The notes beneath the pieces were generated by a model. It saw nothing but the letters and a program-made list of their open reading frames with translations. It was not told the origin of the DNA and did not search any database. Below, piece by piece: positions 8,923-17,726 of a stretch of DNA of 64,000 bases. Location: the sequence record OR644643.1; one strand, given 5' to 3'. Made by a program: the position numbers and the translations under genes. Positions within the stretch are counted from its first letter, which is position 1. Each line of letters starts with the position of its first letter. Source of the stretch: Klebsiella phage NU-KP11.

Positions 8923-10266
8923 ATGAAATATGTTTTAGACACTAACGTTTTAGTCTCGAACCCCTATTCAATCTATTCATTCACTCAACCTGGTACAGAA
9001 ATCATTATTACCTCTGCTACTATGGGTGAATTAGATCACCTGAAAACGAAAGAACGAACAGCACACGAAGCACGATTGGCGATCCGGCTTCTGTCAAAAG
9101 TTATTTTCGGTCAGTCATATGATGCGATTACGAAATCAGGTATTCCTTTAAACCTGACAAACCCAGCACTGTCTGACACTATCACCCTTAAAGTGGTTGA
9201 TTATGTCGGAAACAAAACGTTTGCTCTTGACAAGCAAGACGAACGAATCATTGAAACTTGTATGCAACAGGATGCAACCTTAGTTACTCGCGATATTATG
9301 ATGTTGCTGATCGCAATGTCCCGTGGGTGTAAGGTAGAACAGTATACTGGCGACGATACGTTAAAAGATAGCGATGTATTGTATTCCGGTTATGTAGAGA
9401 TCCCTGATTTCTGGGATACCGTAGAAGTGTTGGGATATACAGATAATGTAGCCCAAATCACTTACAGTTCGCTTCCTGACGAATATTTTTATCCTAACCA
9501 GTACATTACCTCAAATGGTGAGTTAGTCGGGCGTGTGGTGACTGCTGATGAGATTTGCTTGAATGTCTTACCTGTTAAGCACGAACAGGCTATGAAACGC
9601 AAACTCATGAAAGCTATTCAGCCCCGTGATTCTCTGCAAGCGGCTTTCGTTGAATCCATTATGAGCAATGAAATCGATGTTGCTACCATTATGGGCGGCG
9701 CTGGTTCTGGTAAAACAATGCTTGCTGTTTCCGGTGCTATGCACCTGGTTAATAGTGGACATTACGCTAACTTGATGTATGTGAAGTCAGATAGCCCGTT
9801 ATCAAGTGAAATCGGCTTCCTTCCTGGTACATTGGGCGAAAAACTCCGGCCTTCTATCGAACCTTGTATTACTAGCCTGAACATTCTGTTTAAGGATAAT
9901 CCGGAATCTGAAAAATACATTGAAGGTTTGATTGAAAAAGGGGTGGTGCAATTCCCTAGCCTGTATTACTTCCGTGGTCGCAGTATCGGACATCCGGATC
10001 CGGGCAAAGGTTCTGTGCTGATTGTTGATGAATGTCAAAACCTTAGCAACCACGAAATTAAATCTATCATTTCTCGTTGCGGAGAGAACACACTTCTGAT
10101 ACTATGCGGGAACATTAAGCAGATCGACAACCCTCGAAACACTGCCGTTAACAACGGGTTTGTATGGGCTGTTGAAAAGCTGAAAGAATACGAACACTCA
10201 AGCCATATCATTCTTGATACAGTGTATCGTTCCCGTCTCGCGGCGTTTGTCGAAGATAATTTCTAA
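8923..10266 (+). CDS. phoH: PhoH-like ATPase with N-terminal PIN domain
   Basis: Walker A GGAGSGKT; N-terminal YVLDTNVL PIN-like. Confidence 0.85.
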   Translation: MKYVLDTNVLVSNPYSIYSFTQPGTEIIITSATMGELDHLKTKERTAHEARLAIRLLSKVIFGQSYDAITKSGIPLNLTNPALSDTITLKVVDYVGNKTFALDKQDERIIETCMQQDATLVTRDIMMLLIAMSRGCKVEQYTGDDTLKDSDVLYSGYVEIPDFWDTVEVLGYTDNVAQITYSSLPDEYFYPNQYITSNGELVGRVVTADEICLNVLPVKHEQAMKRKLMKAIQPRDSLQAAFVESIMSNEIDVATIMGGAGSGKTMLAVSGAMHLVNSGHYANLMYVKSDSPLSSEIGFLPGTLGEKLRPSIEPCITSLNILFKDNPESEKYIEGLIEKGVVQFPSLYYFRGRSIGHPDPGKGSVLIVDECQNLSNHEIKSIISRCGENTLLILCGNIKQIDNPRNTAVNNGFVWAVEKLKEYEHSSHIILDTVYRSRLAAFVEDNF

Positions 10267-10270
10267 TGAT

Positions 10271-10294
10271 GGGGGCGAAAGCCCCCTTTTTGTG
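10271..10294 (+). terminator. Rho-independent terminator GGGGGCGAAAGCCCCC + T5
   Basis: hairpin + T-run. Confidence 0.75.
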
Positions 10295-10302
10295 AGGTGT
10301 AT

Positions 10303-10500
10303 ATGATTACTGTTATCCATAGTCAAAAACTAATTACCGTTTGCAGTTGCTGTAAAAGTGGGTTAGAATATGAACTATCTGATATACAGCAAAAGAGAGA
10401 ATCGATTTACAATGGATTTTTCTCTGCTGCTGATTATGTTGTGAAAAAATTTATCACATGTCCTAAATGTGGTAACTCTGTGAAATTATTTTTGAGTTGA
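10303..10500 (+). CDS. zinc-ribbon small protein (CxxC...CxxC)
   Basis: SD GAGGTG; CSCCKSG...CPKCGN. Confidence 0.45.
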   Translation: MITVIHSQKLITVCSCCKSGLEYELSDIQQKRESIYNGFFSAADYVVKKFITCPKCGNSVKLFLS

Positions 10501-10512
10501 GGTTTCCATAAA

Positions 10513-11067
10513 ATGAAACTAGAAAAACGTTATTATGTAGCAAAATTGAGCGATCTTAAAGAACTGACGCCAGAAGATTTGAAAACGTTCAACGAAATTT
10601 GCACGAAAATCGAAATCGGGCGCGGGATTAATGGTAAGAAACCATTTGATGCGATCGTGATCGAGAATGATTGGCCCGAATACGATAAAGTGTTGGAAAT
10701 GCTGACTTCTCGTATTGTTCGCGAAGAAACCGATCGCAAGTTTGAAAAGATGCTGGACAACAAAGAACGCCTCGGATACTTTTTCGTTGTGGAAACTCAC
10801 CAGGGAACTTTTCTGATCACCAGTGATGCGCACAGCACGAATCGGCTGACGAAATACAGTGGGTACAAATACCGCGCGTTATTCAGCCCTAACTGTGGAT
10901 TTGACAACAGTGAGATCCTTACTACTAGCTGGAGCGTCTACTTTAAACATGCCGTTATGGTATCGTTAGATGAAATCATTGCACTATACGATCCTAACAA
11001 GGCTATTTCAAATTATAACATTGCTGAGTTTATCGCCGATAAACTACGTGACGCGAAAACTATCTAA
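10513..11067 (+). CDS. hypothetical protein (184 aa)
   Basis: ORF track. Confidence 0.55.
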   Translation: MKLEKRYYVAKLSDLKELTPEDLKTFNEICTKIEIGRGINGKKPFDAIVIENDWPEYDKVLEMLTSRIVREETDRKFEKMLDNKERLGYFFVVETHQGTFLITSDAHSTNRLTKYSGYKYRALFSPNCGFDNSEILTTSWSVYFKHAVMVSLDEIIALYDPNKAISNYNIAEFIADKLRDAKTI

Positions 11068-11131
11068 AATAGTTGCATAAATATAAAGTGGGGTGTATTA
11101 TTGCCCCTCTTTTTGCAACATAGGTATTAAA

Positions 11132-11773
11132 ATGAAGAAAATTATTATTGCTGCCAGCATTTTCTTGTGCTCTTTTTCTGGCAACGCTGCGACGGATCCG
11201 CTAGGGGATTTCATTGCGGATTTGCCTACTCATCAATTGCCTTTACAAAAGGCTACTGTAAAGCCTCCGGCAAACAAAAATTCTCCATCCTACATCAAGG
11301 ATTTGGATAATATCACACCGAAGCAGAAAGAGGTTTTGGAGTATGCTTATCGAGTTGGACACAACTATGATTTGAAGACTGCAAAACCTGTAGAAAAAGA
11401 TAAGGCTAAACGTTTAGGCTATCATTTAGCGGCTATTGCCTGGATCGAGTCTCGCGCATGTGAGAATGTCGGTAAAGGTAAAAAAGGCCATCACGCTTAT
11501 GGATGCTGGCAAGTTACCGCAAGGAGCGCCAGCGCACGAATGGATAAGTCATATCCTAAACGCGTAGTAATCAAAAAGCTCGAAACTCTTCAAGGTGGAT
11601 CGAAGTATGCGATCTATGAACTGGAGTACTGGCTTGATTACCACAAAGGCGACTTGAAAAAGGCGCTGGCGAGCTATAACGCTGGTTTCAAGTATACAAA
11701 GAAAGAAGCCCGTGATTATGCTCGTATGGTTAATACAACCGCGAAGCTGTTAGAAGAAAAACAAATCATTTGA
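11132..11773 (+). CDS. secreted protein, possible lytic transglycosylase-like (signal peptide; IAWIESRA motif)
   Basis: Signal peptide MKKIIIAASIFLCSFSGNAA; weak SLT-like ES motif. Confidence 0.4.
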   Translation: MKKIIIAASIFLCSFSGNAATDPLGDFIADLPTHQLPLQKATVKPPANKNSPSYIKDLDNITPKQKEVLEYAYRVGHNYDLKTAKPVEKDKAKRLGYHLAAIAWIESRACENVGKGKKGHHAYGCWQVTARSASARMDKSYPKRVVIKKLETLQGGSKYAIYELEYWLDYHKGDLKKALASYNAGFKYTKKEARDYARMVNTTAKLLEEKQII

Positions 11774-11775
11774 CA

Positions 11776-11840
11776 AAAAGCCCTTGACTTCGGTCGGGGG
11801 CTTTTTTATTATGAGTGCATCTAATTGAGAGGAATACATT
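11776..11840 (+). promoter_or_regulatory. Terminator/promoter module: hairpin AAAAGCCCTTGACTTCGGTCGGGGGCTTTTTT containing -35 TTGACT, -10 TATTAT, leader AATTGAGAGGAATACATTATG
   Basis: Repeated at 18790, 28481 and (minus) 39395. Confidence 0.6.
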
Positions 11841-12236
11841 ATGAGCGTTTCACATCAAGTCATTGTTTCACAAAAATATGATTACCCTAACCTGTTGCGT
11901 TGTGTGCAAGCAATCCGCGATCATTTTAGCAAACAAGACAACATCGTTATCAAAGAGATTACTTTGAGTAAATCTCTCGATTGTTTTAACATTTATTTCA
12001 CATATGATAACGAACAGCGCCGCCTGTTCATTTGTGAACTCATGGATATGTATTATGATATGGAATACAATCCTATTCCTAAAAATGGGATTTATTTTAG
12101 TATCAATGTCTGGGGAGAATCACAGAAAATCATGGATCTTGTGAAAGAAACCGTGTACACTGTCATTACAAGTTCGGATACTGTGTATGAGCGCCCGAAC
12201 GATGCTTATGAATCACGATTCACTTTGGTTAAATGA
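11841..12236 (+). CDS. hypothetical protein (131 aa)
   Basis: ORF track. Confidence 0.55.
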   Translation: MSVSHQVIVSQKYDYPNLLRCVQAIRDHFSKQDNIVIKEITLSKSLDCFNIYFTYDNEQRRLFICELMDMYYDMEYNPIPKNGIYFSINVWGESQKIMDLVKETVYTVITSSDTVYERPNDAYESRFTLVK

Positions 12237-12246
12237 GGAATACATT

Positions 12247-12393
12247 ATGAGCGACCTGATCCTGAACGAAACTAAACGCGTACTGTTTAAAGCTGGTTCC
12301 TACATCGTAGCGACTCCGAAAGGCAATACTTCCCATTGGGCGGTTGCTGATTGGATCATGTACATTGATAAAAACGGGGAATGGGTACAATGA
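12247..12393 (+). CDS. hypothetical small protein (48 aa)
   Basis: Leader ATGAGGAATACATTATG. Confidence 0.4.
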   Translation: MSDLILNETKRVLFKAGSYIVATPKGNTSHWAVADWIMYIDKNGEWVQ

Positions 12394-12980
12394 GAAACTT
12401 AGCGTTCGAAGTGACCGTGATTGATCAACGAATCAAAGAACTTCATGCACAGATAGCCCCGCTGCAAGAAGAAATTTCTACCTTGATCAAGGAGAAAAGA
12501 GACCTGATTGAACTCATCGATCAGGATATCATTAACAACGTCAAGGACGGGGAAAAGATCCCCGTGATGTTGGAATATCGTTCTTCTAGTGTGTCTTATC
12601 ACGCGGCGACACAATTTTTCGAATCTATCGGCCTGGGTATCGATGGTATGGATCCGGACATTAACCAGTACTGTTTGCGGATCGCGATGGATGAAGACGG
12701 TTCAAACCTCAATCGAGTTTTAACCGCTTTAGAAATGGTAGAACCTTTTGTTAGACCGCAAGCAAACGGGCGTAAGCGTTTCGATCTGTTCGAACATACT
12801 CTGTCTGAATGGGATTGCTACTGGCTGACATACAATCCAGCTAACAAACGTTGGGCTGTTGAAACTGGTAGTGGGATGAGACGAAATCAGGATCCGACAT
12901 TCTCGGATATGTCTCTGAAAAAAGTTCTTGCGTATATCTGCAATGCGCATTATTATACCCCTATCGAAGAGGATGAATAA
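12390..12980 (+). CDS. hypothetical protein (~196 aa)
   Basis: ATGA coupling. Confidence 0.5.
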   Translation: MRNLAFEVTVIDQRIKELHAQIAPLQEEISTLIKEKRDLIELIDQDIINNVKDGEKIPVMLEYRSSSVSYHAATQFFESIGLGIDGMDPDINQYCLRIAMDEDGSNLNRVLTALEMVEPFVRPQANGRKRFDLFEHTLSEWDCYWLTYNPANKRWAVETGSGMRRNQDPTFSDMSLKKVLAYICNAHYYTPIEEDE

Positions 12981-12989
12981 GGAATCATC

Positions 12990-13313
12990 ATGAAAAAGTT
13001 AGCACTGCTTTTAACTCTGGTTGCTGGATTTGCTCACGCGGGTGATGCTCGCCTGGATGAGTTATGCAACAATCGTGATATCAAAGATGTCGCAGTATGT
13101 AAGCAAGTTATCGCAGAACAGTTAGATGTTGCTTATATGTGGGGAGAGGAAAATGCTCACCTGTATAAACGCGGTAAGTTGCTGAAACAAAAAGAGTTTT
13201 TGCAGTCTGAACCAATGATGAATCTATGCAAACAAGCGCCAAATAAGGAACGGTGCGAAAAGTTCCGTACTTATTTGGTTGACGAATTCAATGCTGGTAT
13301 AGGACTTTACTAA
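12990..13313 (+). CDS. secreted/periplasmic protein (signal peptide, 4 Cys)
   Basis: MKKLALLLTLVAGFAHA signal. Confidence 0.55.
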   Translation: MKKLALLLTLVAGFAHAGDARLDELCNNRDIKDVAVCKQVIAEQLDVAYMWGEENAHLYKRGKLLKQKEFLQSEPMMNLCKQAPNKERCEKFRTYLVDEFNAGIGLY

Positions 13314-13429
13314 TGGCTATCTGGATTTTTATTATTATGGCGGTGGTTGTGGTGTTCTTGGCGTACAATGCTGGTAAGCATGAGAGCACTGGGCCTTGTT
13401 ACTATTGCGGGGATGATGACTATGTGTAA
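13313..13429 (+). CDS. micro membrane protein 1 (38 aa, not in track)
   Basis: TAATG coupling; single TM + CYYCG. Confidence 0.35.
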   Translation: MAIWIFIIMAVVVVFLAYNAGKHESTGPCYYCGDDDYV

Positions 13430-13526
13430 TTTCATCTGGGTTGTTATTGGCCTTGTGGTCTTTACTGGTGTAATGTATATGTGTCATCAAGAAGACCTCC
13501 GCCGTGAACGGAAAGCGAGAAAATGA
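13416..13526 (+). CDS. micro membrane protein 2 (36 aa, not in track)
   Basis: overlapping start; TM + basic tail. Confidence 0.35.
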   Translation: MTMCNFIWVVIGLVVFTGVMYMCHQEDLRRERKARK

Positions 13527-13621
13527 GCGTAGGGGTTCAATTCACTGTATTGTGGATCCTTGTGATTTTGATGGGCCTTGTTGTGGCCCTACTATATCGG
13601 AAAAATAAAAATGATCATTAA
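13523..13621 (+). CDS. micro membrane protein 3 (32 aa, not in track)
   Basis: ATGA coupling; TM + RKNKNDH. Confidence 0.35.
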   Translation: MSVGVQFTVLWILVILMGLVVALLYRKNKNDH

Positions 13622-14084
13622 AGAAGTGAAAGGTAATGCTGTCAATATGTATCTGAACGGTGAAGGCCACCTGATCCACGGATGCAACTGTTATTGCAAT
13701 ATGGGCGCTGGCATTGCTCGCGAGATCCGCGATCGTATTCCTGGTGCATTTCAAGTTGATGCCAATACGTTAAAAGGTTCCCGTGATAAGCTCGGAACTT
13801 GTTCTGTTTACATTGGCGAAAAAGGCAACATTGTTTTCAATGCATATACTCAATATGATTTCTGGACACCTGGGCCGCGTGTCGATTATGACGCAATCGG
13901 CAATGCTTTTAAACAGGCTGTAGGGCTTGCTGACGCCGTTAAGACTGGAAAGCCTATCATCACACCTTTAATCGGTGCTGGCCTCGCTGGGGGCGACTGG
14001 GAACTCATTAAGCGCATTATTAATGAGGTGACTGGTGATTACCCGATCATTGTCGTTCATTTCGATCCTCGTAAGGCGAATTAA
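13611..14084 (+). CDS. macro-domain protein (ADP-ribose/O-acetyl-ADP-ribose processing)
   Basis: HGCNCYCNMGAGIAREI and PLIGAGLAGG resemble macro-domain glycine-rich motifs; ~158 aa. Confidence 0.55.
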   Translation: MIIKEVKGNAVNMYLNGEGHLIHGCNCYCNMGAGIAREIRDRIPGAFQVDANTLKGSRDKLGTCSVYIGEKGNIVFNAYTQYDFWTPGPRVDYDAIGNAFKQAVGLADAVKTGKPIITPLIGAGLAGGDWELIKRIINEVTGDYPIIVVHFDPRKAN

Positions 14085-14086
14085 TC

Positions 14087-14374
14087 ATGATGGATCCTAT
14101 CAAAGCAGGTCGGGAGATTAAGAAAGCGAACAAACGGATCGCCGTAATCAAAGGACAACGCTCCGCACTGGTTAAAACCTGTAATGCATTGGCGCAAGCG
14201 ATGAAAGCGAATAACATCAACATTATGCAGCGTAAAGAAACTGTTAATGTTCTATGTATCGTTGACAATTGTCTGAGTAAGGAAATGGACGAACTGAAAA
14301 GTAAAATCAATATGTGGTATCTTGATATACATCAAGCACAAGATAACGAAATGAGCGGTTATAATCATGACTGA
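14087..14374 (+). CDS. hypothetical protein (95 aa)
   Basis: ORF track. Confidence 0.5.
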   Translation: MMDPIKAGREIKKANKRIAVIKGQRSALVKTCNALAQAMKANNINIMQRKETVNVLCIVDNCLSKEMDELKSKINMWYLDIHQAQDNEMSGYNHD

Positions 14375-14582
14375 CAAAATCAAAGCTAAAGCAATGAAGG
14401 TGATTGCGACATACGGAACACTCCGTTGGTGTAACGCGCAGGTGTGTGGGTGTATGGGTTGCGCAAATCATACCATGACAAAAGAAGAGTATGACACTGC
14501 GATCCAGATGCCAGAAATCAAAGAGTATCTTGCGCGACATAATGAAAAACTCATGGGTAAAGGATGGTTTTCAATTGGCTAA
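14367..14582 (+). CDS. hypothetical Cys-rich protein (71 aa)
   Basis: ORF track. Confidence 0.45.
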   Translation: MTDKIKAKAMKVIATYGTLRWCNAQVCGCMGCANHTMTKEEYDTAIQMPEIKEYLARHNEKLMGKGWFSIG

Positions 14583-14772
14583 CGCACACATTATAGAAAA
14601 AGTTCGTTGTCGGGATTGTCATTTCCCTTTAATTTGCGTAATGAACATTACCAAACCCCCTTATGATGAGTGGGATTGGTGGATCTACTGTTCAAATAAA
14701 ACATGCAAAAACCATGAAGGGGAAGGGAAATTCCAAAATACCCCAGATTTTGTTGAGAGGATAAATGGCTAA
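14542..14772 (+). CDS. hypothetical Cys-rich protein (start uncertain)
   Basis: ORF track 14491..14772, trimmed. Confidence 0.3.
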   Translation: MKNSWVKDGFQLANAHIIEKVRCRDCHFPLICVMNITKPPYDEWDWWIYCSNKTCKNHEGEGKFQNTPDFVERING

Positions 14773-15373
14773 ACTATATTTTCATTATGCATCAATGAAT
14801 GCTGGCAAGAGTGCTCGTTTACTCACTGATGCATACAACTACCAGGAACGCGGTATGCGGATCCTGATGTACAAACCAGCAATTGATACGCGAGAAGGTA
14901 AACAGAGTATCTCTTCGCGCATTGGGTTGGAAGCAACATGCACCATGATCACGCCTGATATGGACTTGTATTATGATGTTCACAACAATCATTTTTATAG
15001 CGACAGCCCGAATCTGGTTTCTTGCGTGTTTGTGGATGAAGCGCAATTCCTTTCCAGGAAAAATGTCATGGATCTGTGTCGGGTTGTTGACGAATTAGAT
15101 ATACCCGTAATGACATATGGACTAAGAACCGATTTCCAGTTGAACTTGTTCGAAGGTTCTTATATGTTGCTGGCGCTGGCTGATGAGATCAGGGAGTTGC
15201 GAGGGGTTTGTCATTGTGGAAAGAAAGCAACTACCGTTGCCCGTATTGATGCAAATGGCAAATTTGTTGCTAATGGCGACCAGATTGAGATCGGGGCAGA
15301 AGACAAATATGTTTCACTTTGTCGAAAACACTACTTGCAACTAAAGAACAACCCTGATACAGTGGAAGCATAA
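14765..15373 (+). CDS. tk: thymidine kinase
   Basis: P-loop SMNAGKSARLL; C-terminal Zn ribbon CHCGK...C. Confidence 0.85.
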   Translation: MAKLYFHYASMNAGKSARLLTDAYNYQERGMRILMYKPAIDTREGKQSISSRIGLEATCTMITPDMDLYYDVHNNHFYSDSPNLVSCVFVDEAQFLSRKNVMDLCRVVDELDIPVMTYGLRTDFQLNLFEGSYMLLALADEIRELRGVCHCGKKATTVARIDANGKFVANGDQIEIGAEDKYVSLCRKHYLQLKNNPDTVEA

Positions 15374-15389
15374 ACAAAAGGAGATCATT

Positions 15390-15782
15390 ATGAGTCGCAC
15401 TTACCGTAAGAAATACAATCCTCTTCGTGACCGTTCATCTAACGAAAAGATCGAAGAAGTAAAAGAGTATTCTCGTTATTATGCTCAACATGGTATTGAT
15501 CCGGATGGGTTACGTTGGTACTCAACCAACTGGAAACACAAATCAGGATGTGCATACATTCGATTTGATAATAATTTGTGTCGCGACGGTAACAAAGCTC
15601 ATGGCGATCTGAACGCAATGCTTTCTATTGCAGTAAAGAAAATTGATTCAAAAGTACGTACCCGTTTACGTCAGGAACTGAAACGTATGAAAGCTGGTGT
15701 GATCGGTTGGGATGAAAACGTAGAAAACGCGAACAAAATACGCGCTTTCGAAAGAAGTTTGTGTTGGTATGACATTACTTGA
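15390..15782 (+). CDS. hypothetical basic protein (130 aa)
   Basis: ORF track. Confidence 0.55.
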   Translation: MSRTYRKKYNPLRDRSSNEKIEEVKEYSRYYAQHGIDPDGLRWYSTNWKHKSGCAYIRFDNNLCRDGNKAHGDLNAMLSIAVKKIDSKVRTRLRQELKRMKAGVIGWDENVENANKIRAFERSLCWYDIT

Positions 15783-15800
15783 TTGACTTTACAGCAAAAA

Positions 15801-15826
15801 TATTATAACGAGGCTTCGGCCTCGTT
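15801..15826 (+). terminator. Rho-independent terminator ACGAGGCTTCGGCCTCGT + T5
   Basis: hairpin + T-run. Confidence 0.7.
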
Positions 15827-15831
15827 TTTGC

Positions 15832-15839
15832 TATAAATA
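15832..15839 (+). promoter_or_regulatory. T4 late-promoter-like box TATAAATA
   Basis: Exact gp55 consensus octamer 29 nt upstream of ATG 15868; only clear instance found. Confidence 0.35.
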
Positions 15840-15867
15840 TATACAGGAGTAGACCTATAGTGGGTCT

Positions 15868-16170
15868 ATGAGTAAAAGAGTAATTGTTATGAACATTAAA
15901 CGCATATCAATGGCTGTGCTGTTCGGATTGTTGATGATGACACCCACAACACACGCCGCCGACCGTCCGGTTCAGAAAGAATTTGACGATTATATCAATG
16001 CGGCCCTTCAAGTATACATCACAACGATCCCTCCCAGCGTAAATACAAGCGAACTATTCTACAACTACATGGAACGAAAATGGCACCAAAAACAATGCCG
16101 ATCTGAATCCGAATGCGCAAAGCTAGGGATTAGGGTCGCGTATGAGTTTGCAAGTATCCATCGTTCATAA
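15868..16170 (+). CDS. secreted protein (signal peptide ...TPTTHAA)
   Basis: ORF track; alternative start 15889. Confidence 0.5.
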   Translation: MSKRVIVMNIKRISMAVLFGLLMMTPTTHAADRPVQKEFDDYINAALQVYITTIPPSVNTSELFYNYMERKWHQKQCRSESECAKLGIRVAYEFASIHRS

Positions 16171-16180
16171 AGGGATCATC

Positions 16181-16564
16181 ATGCAATCATTTAAACAAAT
16201 TACAGAATCTGAGAACTCAAGCAAGATAGATGCCTTTATTGGCATGTGCCTTATGTCCGTTACCTATATGCATAGCGCACATTTTGCAACAGGTTCATAC
16301 TCACAACATAAAGCATATGAGGGTTTTTACGAAGATATGCAGGATTTGGTTGATAAATTCACCGAAATCCACATAGGAATCACGGGAAGATACAAACCTG
16401 TGCTAAAAACCGAAAATGTGCTTGACACGGTGGCGTATCTCCGTAAAATAGCCAATGAAGCAAACGAGATCTACGAATCAGTAGATAGTTCTTTGAAGAA
16501 CATCCTGGACGAGATTAAGGGCTTGTGCTATCAAACAATCTACAAGCTGACAAAACTTTCTTAA
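16181..16564 (+). CDS. hypothetical protein (~127 aa)
   Basis: track ORF 16142..16564 trimmed to ATG. Confidence 0.45.
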   Translation: MQSFKQITESENSSKIDAFIGMCLMSVTYMHSAHFATGSYSQHKAYEGFYEDMQDLVDKFTEIHIGITGRYKPVLKTENVLDTVAYLRKIANEANEIYESVDSSLKNILDEIKGLCYQTIYKLTKLS

Positions 16565-16570
16565 AAATAG

Positions 16571-16623
16571 TTTGACAGCGTGAAATGTGATGATAGAATA
16601 ACTATCGAATTGAACAACAACTT
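16571..16623 (+). promoter_or_regulatory. sigma70-like promoter -35 TTGACA, 16 nt, -10 TAGAAT
   Basis: near-consensus hexamers. Confidence 0.55.
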
Positions 16624-17550
16624 ATGGAAATTATGATGAACTTAAACACTATCGTGAACAACCCGAAGAAAACCTCTCTGATCGCTCTGGGCGTAGTCGC
16701 AGCACTGTGGTTAGTGCCTAACATGTATACCATTGTGCAAGACGGTACGGTTAAAACTGAAACCTTCATGGGTAAAGTATCACCGAAACCCGTACTACCT
16801 GGTTTCCACATTGTAAACCCGCTGGCAACGTTTGATACGTTCAGCACCAAAGACATCGCGATGAAGTTCGACAAATTACAGGTTCCGTCCCAGGATAAAT
16901 TTAAATCCACTGTGGATATGACCGTAATGCTGCAATTCGACGGTAGCAAAGCACCGATCAACCGTATCAACGCGGGTAATCAGGATCAGGCACTGGATAA
17001 GTATGTAACTGAAAAACTGCTTTCCACTGTTCGCGAATTTGGTAAATCCGTACCAAAAGCGCAAGACCTGTTTGATGCGAAGATCCAAAACCAACTGCAA
17101 ATCGCAATTCAGCAGGAAGTAGAAGATTATGCACGGCCTTACGGTTACACTGTGAAACAGGTATTCTTGCAGGATATCACCCTACCGGAAGTTATCATGG
17201 AACAGGTAACTAACACGAAGATCCGCGAAGAACAGGTTAACGCTGCTAAAGCTGAACTGCAAAAAGTAGAACAGACTTCATTACAAGCAGTAAAACAAGC
17301 GGAAGCCGATCGTCAGGCGCGTGAAAATGCTGCAATCGCTAACGAACGTGATGCTGATGCCCGTCTGTATGCAGCGAAGAAAGAAGCAGAAGCCAACGCC
17401 GCCCTGCAACGCACCATTACGCCGGAAATGATCCGCTGGAAAGAACTGGATGTACAGATGAACTACTCTACCCGCTATAAAGGTGGCGTACCTCAAACTG
17501 TAATGGGTTCGGATTATGCTGGTAAAGTGATTTTCGATTCTCGTAAATAA
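16624..17550 (+). CDS. SPFH/band-7 (prohibitin/HflK-like) membrane protein
   Basis: N-terminal TM, band-7-like core, long Ala/Glu-rich coiled-coil tail. Confidence 0.55.
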   Translation: MEIMMNLNTIVNNPKKTSLIALGVVAALWLVPNMYTIVQDGTVKTETFMGKVSPKPVLPGFHIVNPLATFDTFSTKDIAMKFDKLQVPSQDKFKSTVDMTVMLQFDGSKAPINRINAGNQDQALDKYVTEKLLSTVREFGKSVPKAQDLFDAKIQNQLQIAIQQEVEDYARPYGYTVKQVFLQDITLPEVIMEQVTNTKIREEQVNAAKAELQKVEQTSLQAVKQAEADRQARENAAIANERDADARLYAAKKEAEANAALQRTITPEMIRWKELDVQMNYSTRYKGGVPQTVMGSDYAGKVIFDSRK

Positions 17551-17600
17551 TGTTTTAAAGCCCCCTCTTTGGGGGCTTGACATCTAAAACGAGAATACTA
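17551..17600 (+). promoter_or_regulatory. Terminator-like hairpin AAGCCCCCTCTTTGGGGGCTT followed by consensus promoter TTGACA-N16-TATAAT
   Basis: perfect -35/-10 hexamers. Confidence 0.6.
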
Positions 17601-17726
17601 TAATGAACATAAAACAGATCGTATTGACAATACTCATTTCACTATTCTTTGGTTTTATTGGTGGATTGTTTGGTGTTTTAATAATTGCGTCTGTTTTATG
17701 ATTAACCTTTAAACGTGGAGCACGTT

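Noticed and set aside
17603-17701. 32-aa hydrophobic micro-ORF between the SPFH gene and the NMNAT-Nudix gene
   Set aside because: Its ATG overlaps the -10 TATAAT of the consensus promoter, so a transcript from that promoter would not contain the start codon. It is probably not expressed unless by read-through.
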